Origin: Escherichia coli 042
Lineage (GTDB): Bacteria > Pseudomonadota > Gammaproteobacteria > Enterobacterales > Enterobacteriaceae
Length of the DNA: 64,000 nt
Strand: one strand, 5' to 3'
Assembly (NCBI RefSeq): GCF_000027125.1
Contig: NC_017626.1
In this document: positions 25,353 to 34,163 of the stretch, piece after piece
Layout: each line of letters opens with the position of its first letter
How positions within the stretch are numbered: the stretch's first letter is position 1
The notes under the pieces: generated by a model
Database searches by the model: none
Seen by the model: the letters and a program-made list of their open reading frames with translations, nothing else
Told to the model about the DNA's origin: nothing
Program-made: the position numbers and the translations under genes

Positions 25353-26546
25353 ATGAGAGCCTGCATTAACAATCAACAGATTCGCCACCATAACAAATGC
25401 GTGATTCTGGAACTGCTGTACCGGCAAAAGCGCGCCAATAAATCAACGCTGGCCCGGCTGGCGCAAATTTCGATTCCGGCGGTCAGTAATATTTTGCAGG
25501 AACTGGAAAGCGAAAAACGGGTGGTGAATATCGACGATGAAAGCCAGACGCGCGGGCATAGTAGCGGTACATGGCTGATTGCGCCGGAAGGTGACTGGAC
25601 GCTGTGCCTGAACGTGACGCCCACCAGTATTGAGTGTCAGGTTGCTAATGCTTGTTTAAGTCCGAAAGGTGAATTTGAGTATTTACAGATTGATGCACCG
25701 ACGCCGCAGGCGCTGCTGTCCGAAATCGAAAAATGCTGGCATCGCCACCGTAAATTGTGGCCGGACCGTACCATCAACCTGGCGCTGGCAATCCACGGTC
25801 AGGTTGATCCGGTGACTGGCGTGTCGCAAACCATGCCGCAAGCGCCGTGGACAACGCCGGTTGAGGTAAAATATCTGCTGGAAGAGAAGCTCGGCATTCG
25901 GGTGATGGTCGATAATGACTGCGTGATGCTGGCGCTGGCGGAGAAATGGCAAAATAATTCGCAGGGCCGGGATTTCTGCGTGATCAACGTTGATTACGGC
26001 ATTGGCTCGTCGTTCGTGATTAACGAGCAAATTTATCGCGGCAGTTTGTATGGTAGCGGACAAATTGGTCACACCATCGTTAATCCGGATGGCGTCGTCT
26101 GCGACTGCGGACGTTATGGCTGCCTGGAAACCGTCGCCTCGTTAAGCGCGTTAAAAAAACAGGCGCGGGTATGGCTAAAATCACAACCGGTTAATACTCA
26201 GCTTGATCCTGAAAAACTGACTACCGCGCAGTTAATCGCTGCCTGGCAGAGTGGAGAACCGTGGATCACCAGTTGGGTTGATCGCTCTGCCAACGCCATT
26301 GGTTTGAGTCTGTATAACTTCCTCAACATCCTCAATATTAATCAGATTTGGTTGTACGGTCGCAGTTGTGCCTTTGGTGAGCACTGGCTTAATACCATTA
26401 TTCGCCAGACGGGATTTAACCCGTTCGACCGCGATGAAGGACCGAGCGTGAAAGCAACGCAAATTGGCTTTGGGCTATTAAGCCGCGCACAACAGGTGCT
26501 GGGGATTGGCTATTTGTATGTTGAGGCACAGTTACGACAGATTTGA
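25353..26546 (+). CDS. yphH: ROK (NagC/XylR)-family transcriptional regulator YphH
   Basis: 397 aa with N-terminal HTH and a ROK sugar-kinase-like domain carrying the CDCGRYGCLE zinc motif. Confidence 0.88.
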   Translation: MRACINNQQIRHHNKCVILELLYRQKRANKSTLARLAQISIPAVSNILQELESEKRVVNIDDESQTRGHSSGTWLIAPEGDWTLCLNVTPTSIECQVANACLSPKGEFEYLQIDAPTPQALLSEIEKCWHRHRKLWPDRTINLALAIHGQVDPVTGVSQTMPQAPWTTPVEVKYLLEEKLGIRVMVDNDCVMLALAEKWQNNSQGRDFCVINVDYGIGSSFVINEQIYRGSLYGSGQIGHTIVNPDGVVCDCGRYGCLETVASLSALKKQARVWLKSQPVNTQLDPEKLTTAQLIAAWQSGEPWITSWVDRSANAIGLSLYNFLNILNINQIWLYGRSCAFGEHWLNTIIRQTGFNPFDRDEGPSVKATQIGFGLLSRAQQVLGIGYLYVEAQLRQI

Positions 26547-26606
26547 TGGCGCGATAACGTAGAAAGGCTTCCCGAAGGAAGCCTTGATGATCACAAACCT
26601 AAGATT

Positions 26607-26710
26607 GCCTGATGCACTACGCTTATCAGGCCTACACGGATATTGCAATATATTGAATTTGCAAAGTTTTGTAGGCCGGATTAGGCGTTCATGCCGCTTC
26701 CGGCATGAAC
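26607..26710. repeat. BIME: two REP palindromic units with linker
   Basis: GCCTGATGCACTACGCTTATCAGGCCTAC ... ATATTGAATTTGCA ... GTAGGCCGGATTAGGCGTTCATGCCGCTTCCGGCATGAAC; the same architecture as the BIME at 56791. Confidence 0.8.
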
Positions 26711-26743
26711 AACGAGCACATTGTCAGCAAATCACCGTTTCGC

Positions 26744-27997
26744 TTATGCGTAAACCGGGTAACGTGCGCAGATGTCGAGAACTTTACCTTTGATGCGCTC
26801 AATAACCGCTTCATCATTGATGCTGTCCAGCACGTCACACATCCAGCCAGCCAGTTCTTTCGCTTCGGCTTCTTTAAAGCCACGACGGGTAATCGCCGGA
26901 GTACCCACGCGAATACCGGAGGTCACAAACGGGCTCTTCGGATCGTTCGGTACGCTGTTTTTGTTAACGGTGATGTTAGCACGGCCCAGAGCGGCGTCCG
27001 CTTCTTTACCGGTCAGGTTTTTATCAACCAGATCAACCAGGAACAGGTGGTTATCAGTGCCGCCGGAAACCACTTTGTAGCCGCGTTCCAGGAACACTTC
27101 TACCATCGCTTTAGCGTTTTTAGCGACCTGCTGCTGGTAAGTTTTGAACTCAGGCTCCATCGCTTCTTTCAGAGCAACCGCTTTACCGGCGATTACGTGC
27201 ATCAACGGACCGCCCTGACCACCAGGGAAAACGGCAGAGTTCAGTTTTTTGTACAGCTCTTCGCTACCACCTTTCGCCAGGATCAGGCCGCCGCGCGGAC
27301 CCGCCAGGGTTTTGTGAGTGGTGGTAGTAACAACGTGAGCATGAGGAACCGGGTTCGGGTAGACGCCAGCTGCAACCAGGCCCGCAACGTGCGCCATATC
27401 AACGAACAGGTAAGCACCGATGCTGTCAGCGATTTCACGCATTTTCGCCCAGTCAACCACACCGGAATATGCAGAGAAGCCACCGATAATCATTTTCGGT
27501 TTGTGTTCTTTGGCTTGTTTTTCCAGATCGGCGTAGTCGATATGACCGCTAGCATCGATACCGTAAGGAACGATGTTGTACAGTTTACCGGAGAAATTAA
27601 CCGGAGAACCGTGAGTCAGGTGGCCGCCATGCGCCAGGTTCATACCCAGAACGGTATCACCTGGTTCCAGCAGCGCGGTGTACACCGCAAAGTTAGCCTG
27701 GGAGCCGGAGTGCGGCTGGACGTTAGCGTAGTCAGCACCGAACAGTTCTTTCGCACGATCGATCGCCAGTTGTTCAACGATATCAACATACTCGCAACCG
27801 CCGTAGTAGCGTTTGCCCGGATAACCTTCAGCATATTTGTTGGTCAGCTGAGAACCCTGCGCCTGCATTACGCGCGGGCTGGTGTAGTTTTCGGAGGCGA
27901 TCAGTTCGATGTGCTCTTCCTGACGTACTTTTTCCTGCTCCATAGCCTGCCACAGTTCGGCATCATAATCGGCAATGTTCATTTCACGCTTTAACAT
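26744..27997 (-). CDS. glyA: Serine hydroxymethyltransferase GlyA
   Basis: ORF 26744..28003; the recognised GlyA N-terminus [16 protein letters not shown] starts 2 codons in (417 aa); PLP-lysine motif TTTTHKTL present. Confidence 0.95.
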   Translation of the reverse strand: MLKREMNIADYDAELWQAMEQEKVRQEEHIELIASENYTSPRVMQAQGSQLTNKYAEGYPGKRYYGGCEYVDIVEQLAIDRAKELFGADYANVQPHSGSQANFAVYTALLEPGDTVLGMNLAHGGHLTHGSPVNFSGKLYNIVPYGIDASGHIDYADLEKQAKEHKPKMIIGGFSAYSGVVDWAKMREIADSIGAYLFVDMAHVAGLVAAGVYPNPVPHAHVVTTTTHKTLAGPRGGLILAKGGSEELYKKLNSAVFPGGQGGPLMHVIAGKAVALKEAMEPEFKTYQQQVAKNAKAMVEVFLERGYKVVSGGTDNHLFLVDLVDKNLTGKEADAALGRANITVNKNSVPNDPKSPFVTSGIRVGTPAITRRGFKEAEAKELAGWMCDVLDSINDEAVIERIKGKVLDICARYPVYA

Positions 27998-28276
27998 CCG
28001 CATCTCCTGACTCAGCTAACAATAAAATTTTTGGCCTTTATAGGCGGTCCTGTTGGACAACGGCGAACAGTATAACCGAATCATTGTGTGATAACAGGTC
28101 TTGACAAAGGAATTTACGCAAACGATTACCTTCAGGCTACGCAAGGCTTTGGAGAATAAAGAGCTTGCAACCGGAAACGGATTTCTTTTCAGGTTTGTGA
28201 TGCAAATTTTTCACTTCATCACATTCTTTCTGAAAAACACCAAAGAACCATTTACATTGCAGGGCTATTTTTTATA

Positions 28277-28300
28277 AGATGCATTTGAGATACATCAATT
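28277..28300. promoter_or_regulatory. hmp promoter operator: NsrR-type inverted repeat overlapping an FNR-like TTGAG-N4-ATCAA site
   Basis: AAGATGCATTTGAGATACATCAAT lies about 25-50 bp upstream of the hmp ATG; it resembles the recalled NsrR 11-1-11 inverted repeat and the FNR half-sites TTGAg....ATCAA. Confidence 0.55.
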
Positions 28301-28324
28301 AAGATGCAAAAAAAGGAAGACCAT

Positions 28325-29515
28325 ATGCTTGACGCTCAAACCATCGCTACAGTAAAAGCCACCATCCCTTTACTGGTGGAAACAGGGCCAAAGTTAACCG
28401 CCCATTTCTACGACCGTATGTTTACTCATAACCCAGAACTCAAAGAAATTTTTAACATGAGTAACCAGCGTAATGGCGATCAACGTGAAGCCCTGTTTAA
28501 CGCCATTGCCGCCTACGCCAGTAATATTGAAAACCTGCCTGCGCTGCTGCCAGCGGTAGAAAAAATCGCGCAGAAGCACACCAGTTTCCAGATCAAACCG
28601 GAACAGTACAACATCGTCGGCGAACACCTGTTGGCGACGCTGGACGAAATGTTCAGCCCGGGCCAGGAAGTGCTGGACGCGTGGGGTAAAGCTTATGGCG
28701 TACTGGCTAATGTATTTATCAATCGCGAGGCGGAAATCTATAACGAAAACGCCAGCAAAGCCGGTGGCTGGGAAGGTACTCGCGATTTCCGCATTGTGGC
28801 TAAAACACCGCGCAGCGCACTTATCACCAGCTTCGAACTGGAGCCGGTCGACGGTGGCGCAGTGGCAGAATACCATCCGGGGCAATATCTCGGCGTCTGG
28901 CTGAAGCCGGAAGGTTTCCCGCATCAGGAAATTCGTCAGTATTCTTTGACTCGCAAACCGGATGGCAAAGGCTATCGTATTGCGGTGAAACGCGAAGAGG
29001 GTGGGCAGGTATCCAACTGGCTGCACAATCACGCCAATGTTGGCGATGTCGTGAAACTGGTTGCTCCGGCAGGTGATTTCTTTATGGCTGTCGCAGATGA
29101 CACACCAGTGACGTTAATCTCTGCCGGTGTCGGCCAGACGCCAATGCTGGCAATGCTCGACACGCTGGCAAAAGCTGGCCACACAGCACAAGTGAACTGG
29201 TTCCATGCGGCAGAAAATGGCGATGTTCACGCCTTTGCCGATGAAGTTAAGGAACTGGGGCAGTCACTGCCGCGCTTTACCGCGCACACCTGGTATCGTC
29301 AGCCAAGCGAAGCCGATCGCGCTAAAGGTCAGTTTGATAGCGAAGGTCTGATGGATTTGAGCAAACTGGAAGGTGCGTTCAGCGATCCGACAATGCAGTT
29401 CTATCTCTGCGGCCCGGTTGGCTTCATGCAGTTTGCCGCGAAACAGTTAGTGGATCTGGGCGTGAAGCAGGAAAACATTCATTACGAATGCTTTGGCCCG
29501 CATAAGGTGCTGTGA
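28325..29515 (+). CDS. hmp: Flavohaemoglobin / nitric oxide dioxygenase Hmp
   Basis: ORF 28304..29515; the recognised Hmp N-terminus [17 protein letters not shown] is internal (396 aa); globin domain plus FAD/NAD reductase domain. Confidence 0.95.
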   Translation: MLDAQTIATVKATIPLLVETGPKLTAHFYDRMFTHNPELKEIFNMSNQRNGDQREALFNAIAAYASNIENLPALLPAVEKIAQKHTSFQIKPEQYNIVGEHLLATLDEMFSPGQEVLDAWGKAYGVLANVFINREAEIYNENASKAGGWEGTRDFRIVAKTPRSALITSFELEPVDGGAVAEYHPGQYLGVWLKPEGFPHQEIRQYSLTRKPDGKGYRIAVKREEGGQVSNWLHNHANVGDVVKLVAPAGDFFMAVADDTPVTLISAGVGQTPMLAMLDTLAKAGHTAQVNWFHAAENGDVHAFADEVKELGQSLPRFTAHTWYRQPSEADRAKGQFDSEGLMDLSKLEGAFSDPTMQFYLCGPVGFMQFAAKQLVDLGVKQENIHYECFGPHKVL

Positions 29516-29521
29516 TTTGAT

Positions 29522-29547
29522 GTTGCCGGATGGAAACATCCGGCAAC
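29522..29547. terminator. Intergenic hairpin between convergent hmp and glnB (possible bidirectional terminator)
   Basis: GTTGCCGGATGGAAACATCCGGCAAC is a perfect 10-bp stem; the flanking T-tracts are weak, so terminator function is uncertain. Confidence 0.4.
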
Positions 29548-29559
29548 CCTTGACGCGGT

Positions 29560-29934
<375 letters not shown>

Positions 29935-29958
29935 CTAAACGTAACACATAACGCCAAT

Positions 29959-31293
29959 TCATTCCTTGAAATCGTTTGCATCCAGCTCGTGTCGGGATAG
30001 CAGTTTATAAAATTCTGTCCGGTTGCGCCCCGCCATTCTCGCCGCGTGGGTGACGTTGCCTTTGGTAATTTGCAGCAGCTTACGCAAGTAGTTGAGTTCA
30101 AACTGATTACGCGCCTCAACAAAGGTTGGCAGCGCCGTGTTTTCGCCCTCCAGCGCCTGCTCCACCAGCGCATCACTAATCACCGGAGATGAGGTCAGCG
30201 CCACGCACTGTTCAATCACGTTGACCAACTGGCGCACATTACCCGGCCAGCTCGCGGTCATCAGGCGTTTCATCGCATCGGTGGAGAACGCGCGGACAAA
30301 CGGTTTATGTCGCTCTGCCGCCTGGCGCAACAGGTGATTTGCCAGTAGCGGAATGTCTTCTGTGCGCTCCGCCAGTGCCGGAATTTTCAGGCTGACAACG
30401 TTGAGGCGGTAATAGAGGTCTTCACGGAATTCCCCGCGCGCCATCGCTTTTGGCAGGTCGCGGTGAGTGGCAGAAATAATCCGCACGTCGATATCAATAT
30501 CGCGGTTACTGCCCAGCGGGCGCACTTTACGCTCCTGCAACACGCGCAGCAGTTTAACCTGCAACGGTGCGGGCATATCGCCAATCTCATCGAGAAATAG
30601 CGTACCGCCTTCCGCCGCCTGGAATAAACCTTCGCGATTGCTGACAGCGCCAGTAAACGCGCCACGCGCATGACCAAACAGCTCCGACTCCAGCAATTGC
30701 TCGGGCAATGCACCACAGTTAATAGCAATAAATGGTTTGCTGTTGCGCGGGCTGGCGTTGTGGATAGCCTGGGCGAAAATCTCTTTCCCGGTGCCGCTCT
30801 GGCCGTTAATCAAAACGCTAACGTCTGATTGCGCCACCAGCCGCGCCTGTTCCAGCAAACGCAGCATCAGCGGGCTGCGGGTGACAATCGCCTCGCGCCA
30901 GCGTTCGTCGGTGGCTGGCGCGGATTGTTCCAGCGCATCATCAATTGCCTGATATAGCGCGTCTTTATCGACAGGCTTGGTGAGGAAACTGAACACGCCC
31001 TGCTGAGTTGCAGCAACGGCATCGGGAATAGAACCATGCGCGGTAAGAATAATTACCGGCATTCCCGGCTGCACTTTCTGAATTTCAGCAAACAGCTGCA
31101 TACCATCCATTTCATCCATCCGCAGGTCGCTGATGACTAAATCTACTTTTTCGCGATTCAGTACCCGTAATCCTTCAGCACCACTTTCCGCCGTGACCAC
31201 GCTGTAGCCTTCGCTGGTCAGGCGCAGGCCAAGCAGTTTCAGCAATCCCGGATCATCATCGACCAATAATAAATGCGCAGGTTTATGGCTCAT
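29959..31293 (-). CDS. glrR: Sigma-54-dependent response regulator GlrR (QseF)
   Basis: ORF 29959..31395; likely start [16 protein letters not shown] (444 aa); receiver domain, AAA+ sigma-54 activator domain with GAFTGA, and C-terminal HTH. Confidence 0.9.
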   Translation of the reverse strand: MSHKPAHLLLVDDDPGLLKLLGLRLTSEGYSVVTAESGAEGLRVLNREKVDLVISDLRMDEMDGMQLFAEIQKVQPGMPVIILTAHGSIPDAVAATQQGVFSFLTKPVDKDALYQAIDDALEQSAPATDERWREAIVTRSPLMLRLLEQARLVAQSDVSVLINGQSGTGKEIFAQAIHNASPRNSKPFIAINCGALPEQLLESELFGHARGAFTGAVSNREGLFQAAEGGTLFLDEIGDMPAPLQVKLLRVLQERKVRPLGSNRDIDIDVRIISATHRDLPKAMARGEFREDLYYRLNVVSLKIPALAERTEDIPLLANHLLRQAAERHKPFVRAFSTDAMKRLMTASWPGNVRQLVNVIEQCVALTSSPVISDALVEQALEGENTALPTFVEARNQFELNYLRKLLQITKGNVTHAARMAGRNRTEFYKLLSRHELDANDFKE

Positions 31294-31996
31294 CAGGAGT
31301 GACCTCATCGGTGGATGGCGCGGGCTTTTCACCCTCGTGCGGCGTATCCGGCGAGAAATTTCCAGCCGGTTTGCGGGTCGAGAGCTGGCGTTCAATATCG
31401 GTCAGGTTTTCCAGCTTGCGGGTAGTGAGTTCCAGTTGCTGTTGTAGAACGTGATGTTGCTGGCGCAAAGTATCCAGCTCGCTGTCGCTGGACTGCTGGA
31501 GTTTGCTGTAGCGTTGGCGCTCTTCCGCCAGTTGCAGTTGCAGCGCCTGACCGTCGCGCCAAAGTTGATACAGTGGGCGAACCTGTGCCGGGATTTCGGT
31601 ACTTAGCGCATCAATGCGCGCGACCAGCTGGCGGCGCTCATACGGCGTAATTTTGGCGTCGGCGAGCAAAATCCCTTGTTTAAAGGTATTTTGCCAGCTG
31701 CCGTCGTTATATTGGCGAGCTTGCTGACGCGACTGCGCAGGCATTAAACGATCAGCACAATCCATCGCCCGCAGCCAGTAAAGCGGATTGGTTTCGGTTG
31801 ATTTACCTTGCAGCGCCCAGATGTCGCTACATTCAGTAGAAAGATAGTCAGCCAGTTGATAAACCGGAATTTTTTCTTCTGCTGGCGTATTAATGGCTGG
31901 CTTATTGTGACTCTGCACGCAACCCAGCAATGCCAGACATGGCAGCCCTGCCAGCCACAGCCGTCGGGGCAATAATCGTTGAAAAATGTGTCGCAT
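31283..31996 (-). CDS. qseG: Outer-membrane lipoprotein QseG
   Basis: ORF 31283..32002; lipobox LLGCVQ near the N-terminus; start uncertain between MNMRHIF and MRHIF. The 3' end overlaps the glrR start by about 11 bp. Confidence 0.8.
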   Translation of the reverse strand: MRHIFQRLLPRRLWLAGLPCLALLGCVQSHNKPAINTPAEEKIPVYQLADYLSTECSDIWALQGKSTETNPLYWLRAMDCADRLMPAQSRQQARQYNDGSWQNTFKQGILLADAKITPYERRQLVARIDALSTEIPAQVRPLYQLWRDGQALQLQLAEERQRYSKLQQSSDSELDTLRQQHHVLQQQLELTTRKLENLTDIERQLSTRKPAGNFSPDTPHEGEKPAPSTDEVTPDEP

Positions 31997-32160
31997 ATTC
32001 ACCAGACTTAGCGCCTTTCCCAGTGGGCGTAATTGTTACAGACAGTCTGGACATGGACAGCGCGGAGAAACCGGAGCGTACATGTCGTACGTGAGGATTT
32101 CGAGCACTGCCCAGGGCCAAACTGGCAAATAAAATAGCCTGATGGGATAGGCTGTTAGCA

Positions 32161-33588
32161 TTATTTCGTGTTTTTCGACGACGGCAATTCAATGCGGAAG
32201 CAAACGTCTTGCCCGCTCTCGTCGACCAGATACAGTTCCCCTTGCATACGGCGAATACAATCCCTGGCAATGCTTAATCCCAGACCGCTGCCCTTCACCG
32301 CCCCTTTTCGCTGGTGGCTTCCCTGAAAAAAGGGTTCAAAGATCATGGCGCGTTCCTCTTGCGGAATGGGTGTGCCTGTATTGATGACATCAATATAAAC
32401 CCGCGCGCCATGTAAACTGCTGCGAAGGCAAATGTTACCGGATTCAGTCCCGTAGTGCACAGCATTGGAGTAAAGATTATCCAGTACGCTCATCAGCAGC
32501 ATTGGCTCCGCCAGGCAAGCTGTTGCTTGGAGATCGACGTCGGTATGCATCATTTTAGCCCGTGCGGGCAGGCTATGAGCAGAAACTACTGTCTCCACCA
32601 GCGGTGCTAATTCAACATTCTCCAGTTCCACCGCACTGTCCGCCTGTTTACGGTTGTAATCAAGCAGTTGTTCGATCAGTTTTTGCAAATTGCGGCTGCT
32701 GCTATCGAGGATGCTCACCACCTCTTTTTGCTCTGGCGTAAGCGGCCCGACAACCTGGTCAGCCAGTAATTCAGTGCCCTCGCGCATACTTGCCAGCGGC
32801 GTTTTTAATTCATGAGATAAATGTCTTAAGAATTGATGACGTTGGGATTCCAGCCATGACAGGCGCTCACTTAACCAAAGAATACGTTGCCCAACCGAGC
32901 GTAACTCGCTCGGTCCACTGAACGAGACACTATTGCCCAGAGAACGCCCTTCCCCCAGCCGGTTGATCATGCGCTCGATATTTTTCACCGGACCGATAAT
33001 CATCCTCGTGAAAAGTAGCACCATCACCAGACTCACCAGAAATAACACCAGCGATTGCCAACCAAAATATTGCCCACGTTCGGCGATTTCACGCTGAAGT
33101 TGCTGCCCACGAGAGAACACCACTGTGCGCGTGGCCTGCACCATTTCGGTATTGGCACTGGCAAAGGCTTCAAGACGCGCGGCGGCGGCGGCATCGGGAC
33201 CACTGTTGTTACACTGAAGTTGGGCCAGATTGTTCAAGTCCTGACGCAATGCCTGGTAAAGTTTATCGTCTGGCAGTACGCCTGCGTGGGCATCGAGCAT
33301 TTCGCTGTAACGCTTGCGCTGGCTTTGATAAACCTTCGCAAGCGTAGGGTCGTCCAGCACGCAATACTGACGGTAGCTACGCTCCATCTCCAGTGCCGCG
33401 TTGGTCATCGCTTCACTACGCCGGGCATCAATAAGCGTAGTGCGGTTAACCAGCGCCGCCTGATCGCTAAGTGCATTCAGGCTTTGCCAGGCTTGCCATG
33501 CCAGCACCAACAGGGGTAGCAGAATCAGCAAAAATGCCAGCATTACCAGTTGTCGTAATGAGCGGGGAAAAACGGGCCAGCGTTTCAA
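32161..33588 (-). CDS. glrK: Sensor histidine kinase GlrK (QseE)
   Basis: ORF-track entry 32161..33651; the recalled protein begins MKRWPVFPRSLRQ, which here corresponds to a TTG initiation codon at 33588-33586. HisKA H-box (LRHLSHELKTPLASM) and ATPase domain present. Confidence 0.8.
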   Translation of the reverse strand: MKRWPVFPRSLRQLVMLAFLLILLPLLVLAWQAWQSLNALSDQAALVNRTTLIDARRSEAMTNAALEMERSYRQYCVLDDPTLAKVYQSQRKRYSEMLDAHAGVLPDDKLYQALRQDLNNLAQLQCNNSGPDAAAAARLEAFASANTEMVQATRTVVFSRGQQLQREIAERGQYFGWQSLVLFLVSLVMVLLFTRMIIGPVKNIERMINRLGEGRSLGNSVSFSGPSELRSVGQRILWLSERLSWLESQRHQFLRHLSHELKTPLASMREGTELLADQVVGPLTPEQKEVVSILDSSSRNLQKLIEQLLDYNRKQADSAVELENVELAPLVETVVSAHSLPARAKMMHTDVDLQATACLAEPMLLMSVLDNLYSNAVHYGTESGNICLRSSLHGARVYIDVINTGTPIPQEERAMIFEPFFQGSHQRKGAVKGSGLGLSIARDCIRRMQGELYLVDESGQDVCFRIELPSSKNTK

Positions 33589-33646
33589 GGTGTTACTCTC
33601 GTCAGACGCGAATAGCCTGATGCTAACCGAGGGGAAGTTCAGATAC

Positions 33647-33830
33647 AACAAAGCCGGGAATTACCCGGCTTTGTTATGGAATAAGGCGGTGCCTAACTCG
33701 ACGTTTCGCCCGATGGTTGATATAGCTACGCTGATATCAGAAGTTGGACGGCAGGCACCTTGTTGTGCGTCATTCGAATTTTATGTAGCACGTCCCGAAG
33801 GGGCTGACATAAGTCGGTGAATGAGCCACT
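33647..33830 (-). ncRNA. glmY: Small RNA GlmY
   Basis: Reverse strand reads AGTGGCTCATTCACCGACTTATGTCAGCCCCTTCGGGACGTGCTACATAAAATTCGAATGACGCACAACAAGGTGCC... and ends in the terminator AAAGCCGGGTAATTCCCGGCTTTGTTGT, matching recalled GlmY sequence; length 184 nt; no ORF. Confidence 0.85.
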
Positions 33831-33841
33831 GGTTACTATTA

Positions 33842-33857
33842 TGCAGTAACTGTGCCA
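33842..33857 (-). promoter_or_regulatory. Sigma-54 (-24/-12) promoter of glmY
   Basis: Reverse strand TGGCACAGTTACTGCA (GG-N10-GC) ends about 12 nt upstream of the glmY 5' end. Confidence 0.7.
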
Positions 33858-33946
33858 ATAAAGAAAATAGTTTGGTAACGTACTGATTATACGCCGCTTT
33901 GAGGGATTTATGGCTTCTTCGCTATTTGAATGTAAATCAGCCACTG

Positions 33947-34060
33947 TGTCGCTAAAAAGAGACAACTTAAGATAAACTTATTAGATAATATTAAAATCAA
34001 TAAGTTAAATGTCGCCAGAAAGCGACACGGCACACCACCCATTGTCGTGATTTACAGACA
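33947..34060. promoter_or_regulatory. Three TGTC-N10-GACA activator sites (GlrR-type) upstream of glmY
   Basis: TGTCGCTAAAAAGAGACA (33947-33964), TGTCGCCAGAAAGCGACA (34010-34027) and TGTCGTGATTTACAGACA (34043-34060); the known glmY enhancer has three such sites. Confidence 0.7.
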
Positions 34061-34109
34061 CAAAAAAGCTCCCGAAGTTGGGAGCTTATAATAGCGGTTG
34101 GTGCTTAAT

Positions 34110-34139
34110 GCCGGATGCGGCGTGAATGCCTCATCCGGG
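34110..34139. repeat. REP palindromic unit downstream of purL
   Basis: GCCGGATGCGGCGTGAATGCCTCATCCGGG. Confidence 0.75.
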
Positions 34140-34163
34140 CTGCAAAACCAATGGGCTGACGAC

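Noticed and set aside
26607-26710. Possible CRISPR-like repeat arrays at the palindromic repeat clusters (4982-5066, 26607-26710, 56791-56874)
   Set aside because: These are REP/BIME palindromic units (imperfect palindromes of about 30-35 bp in inverted orientation with a conserved linker), not regularly spaced direct repeats with unique spacers; no cas genes are present anywhere in the window.
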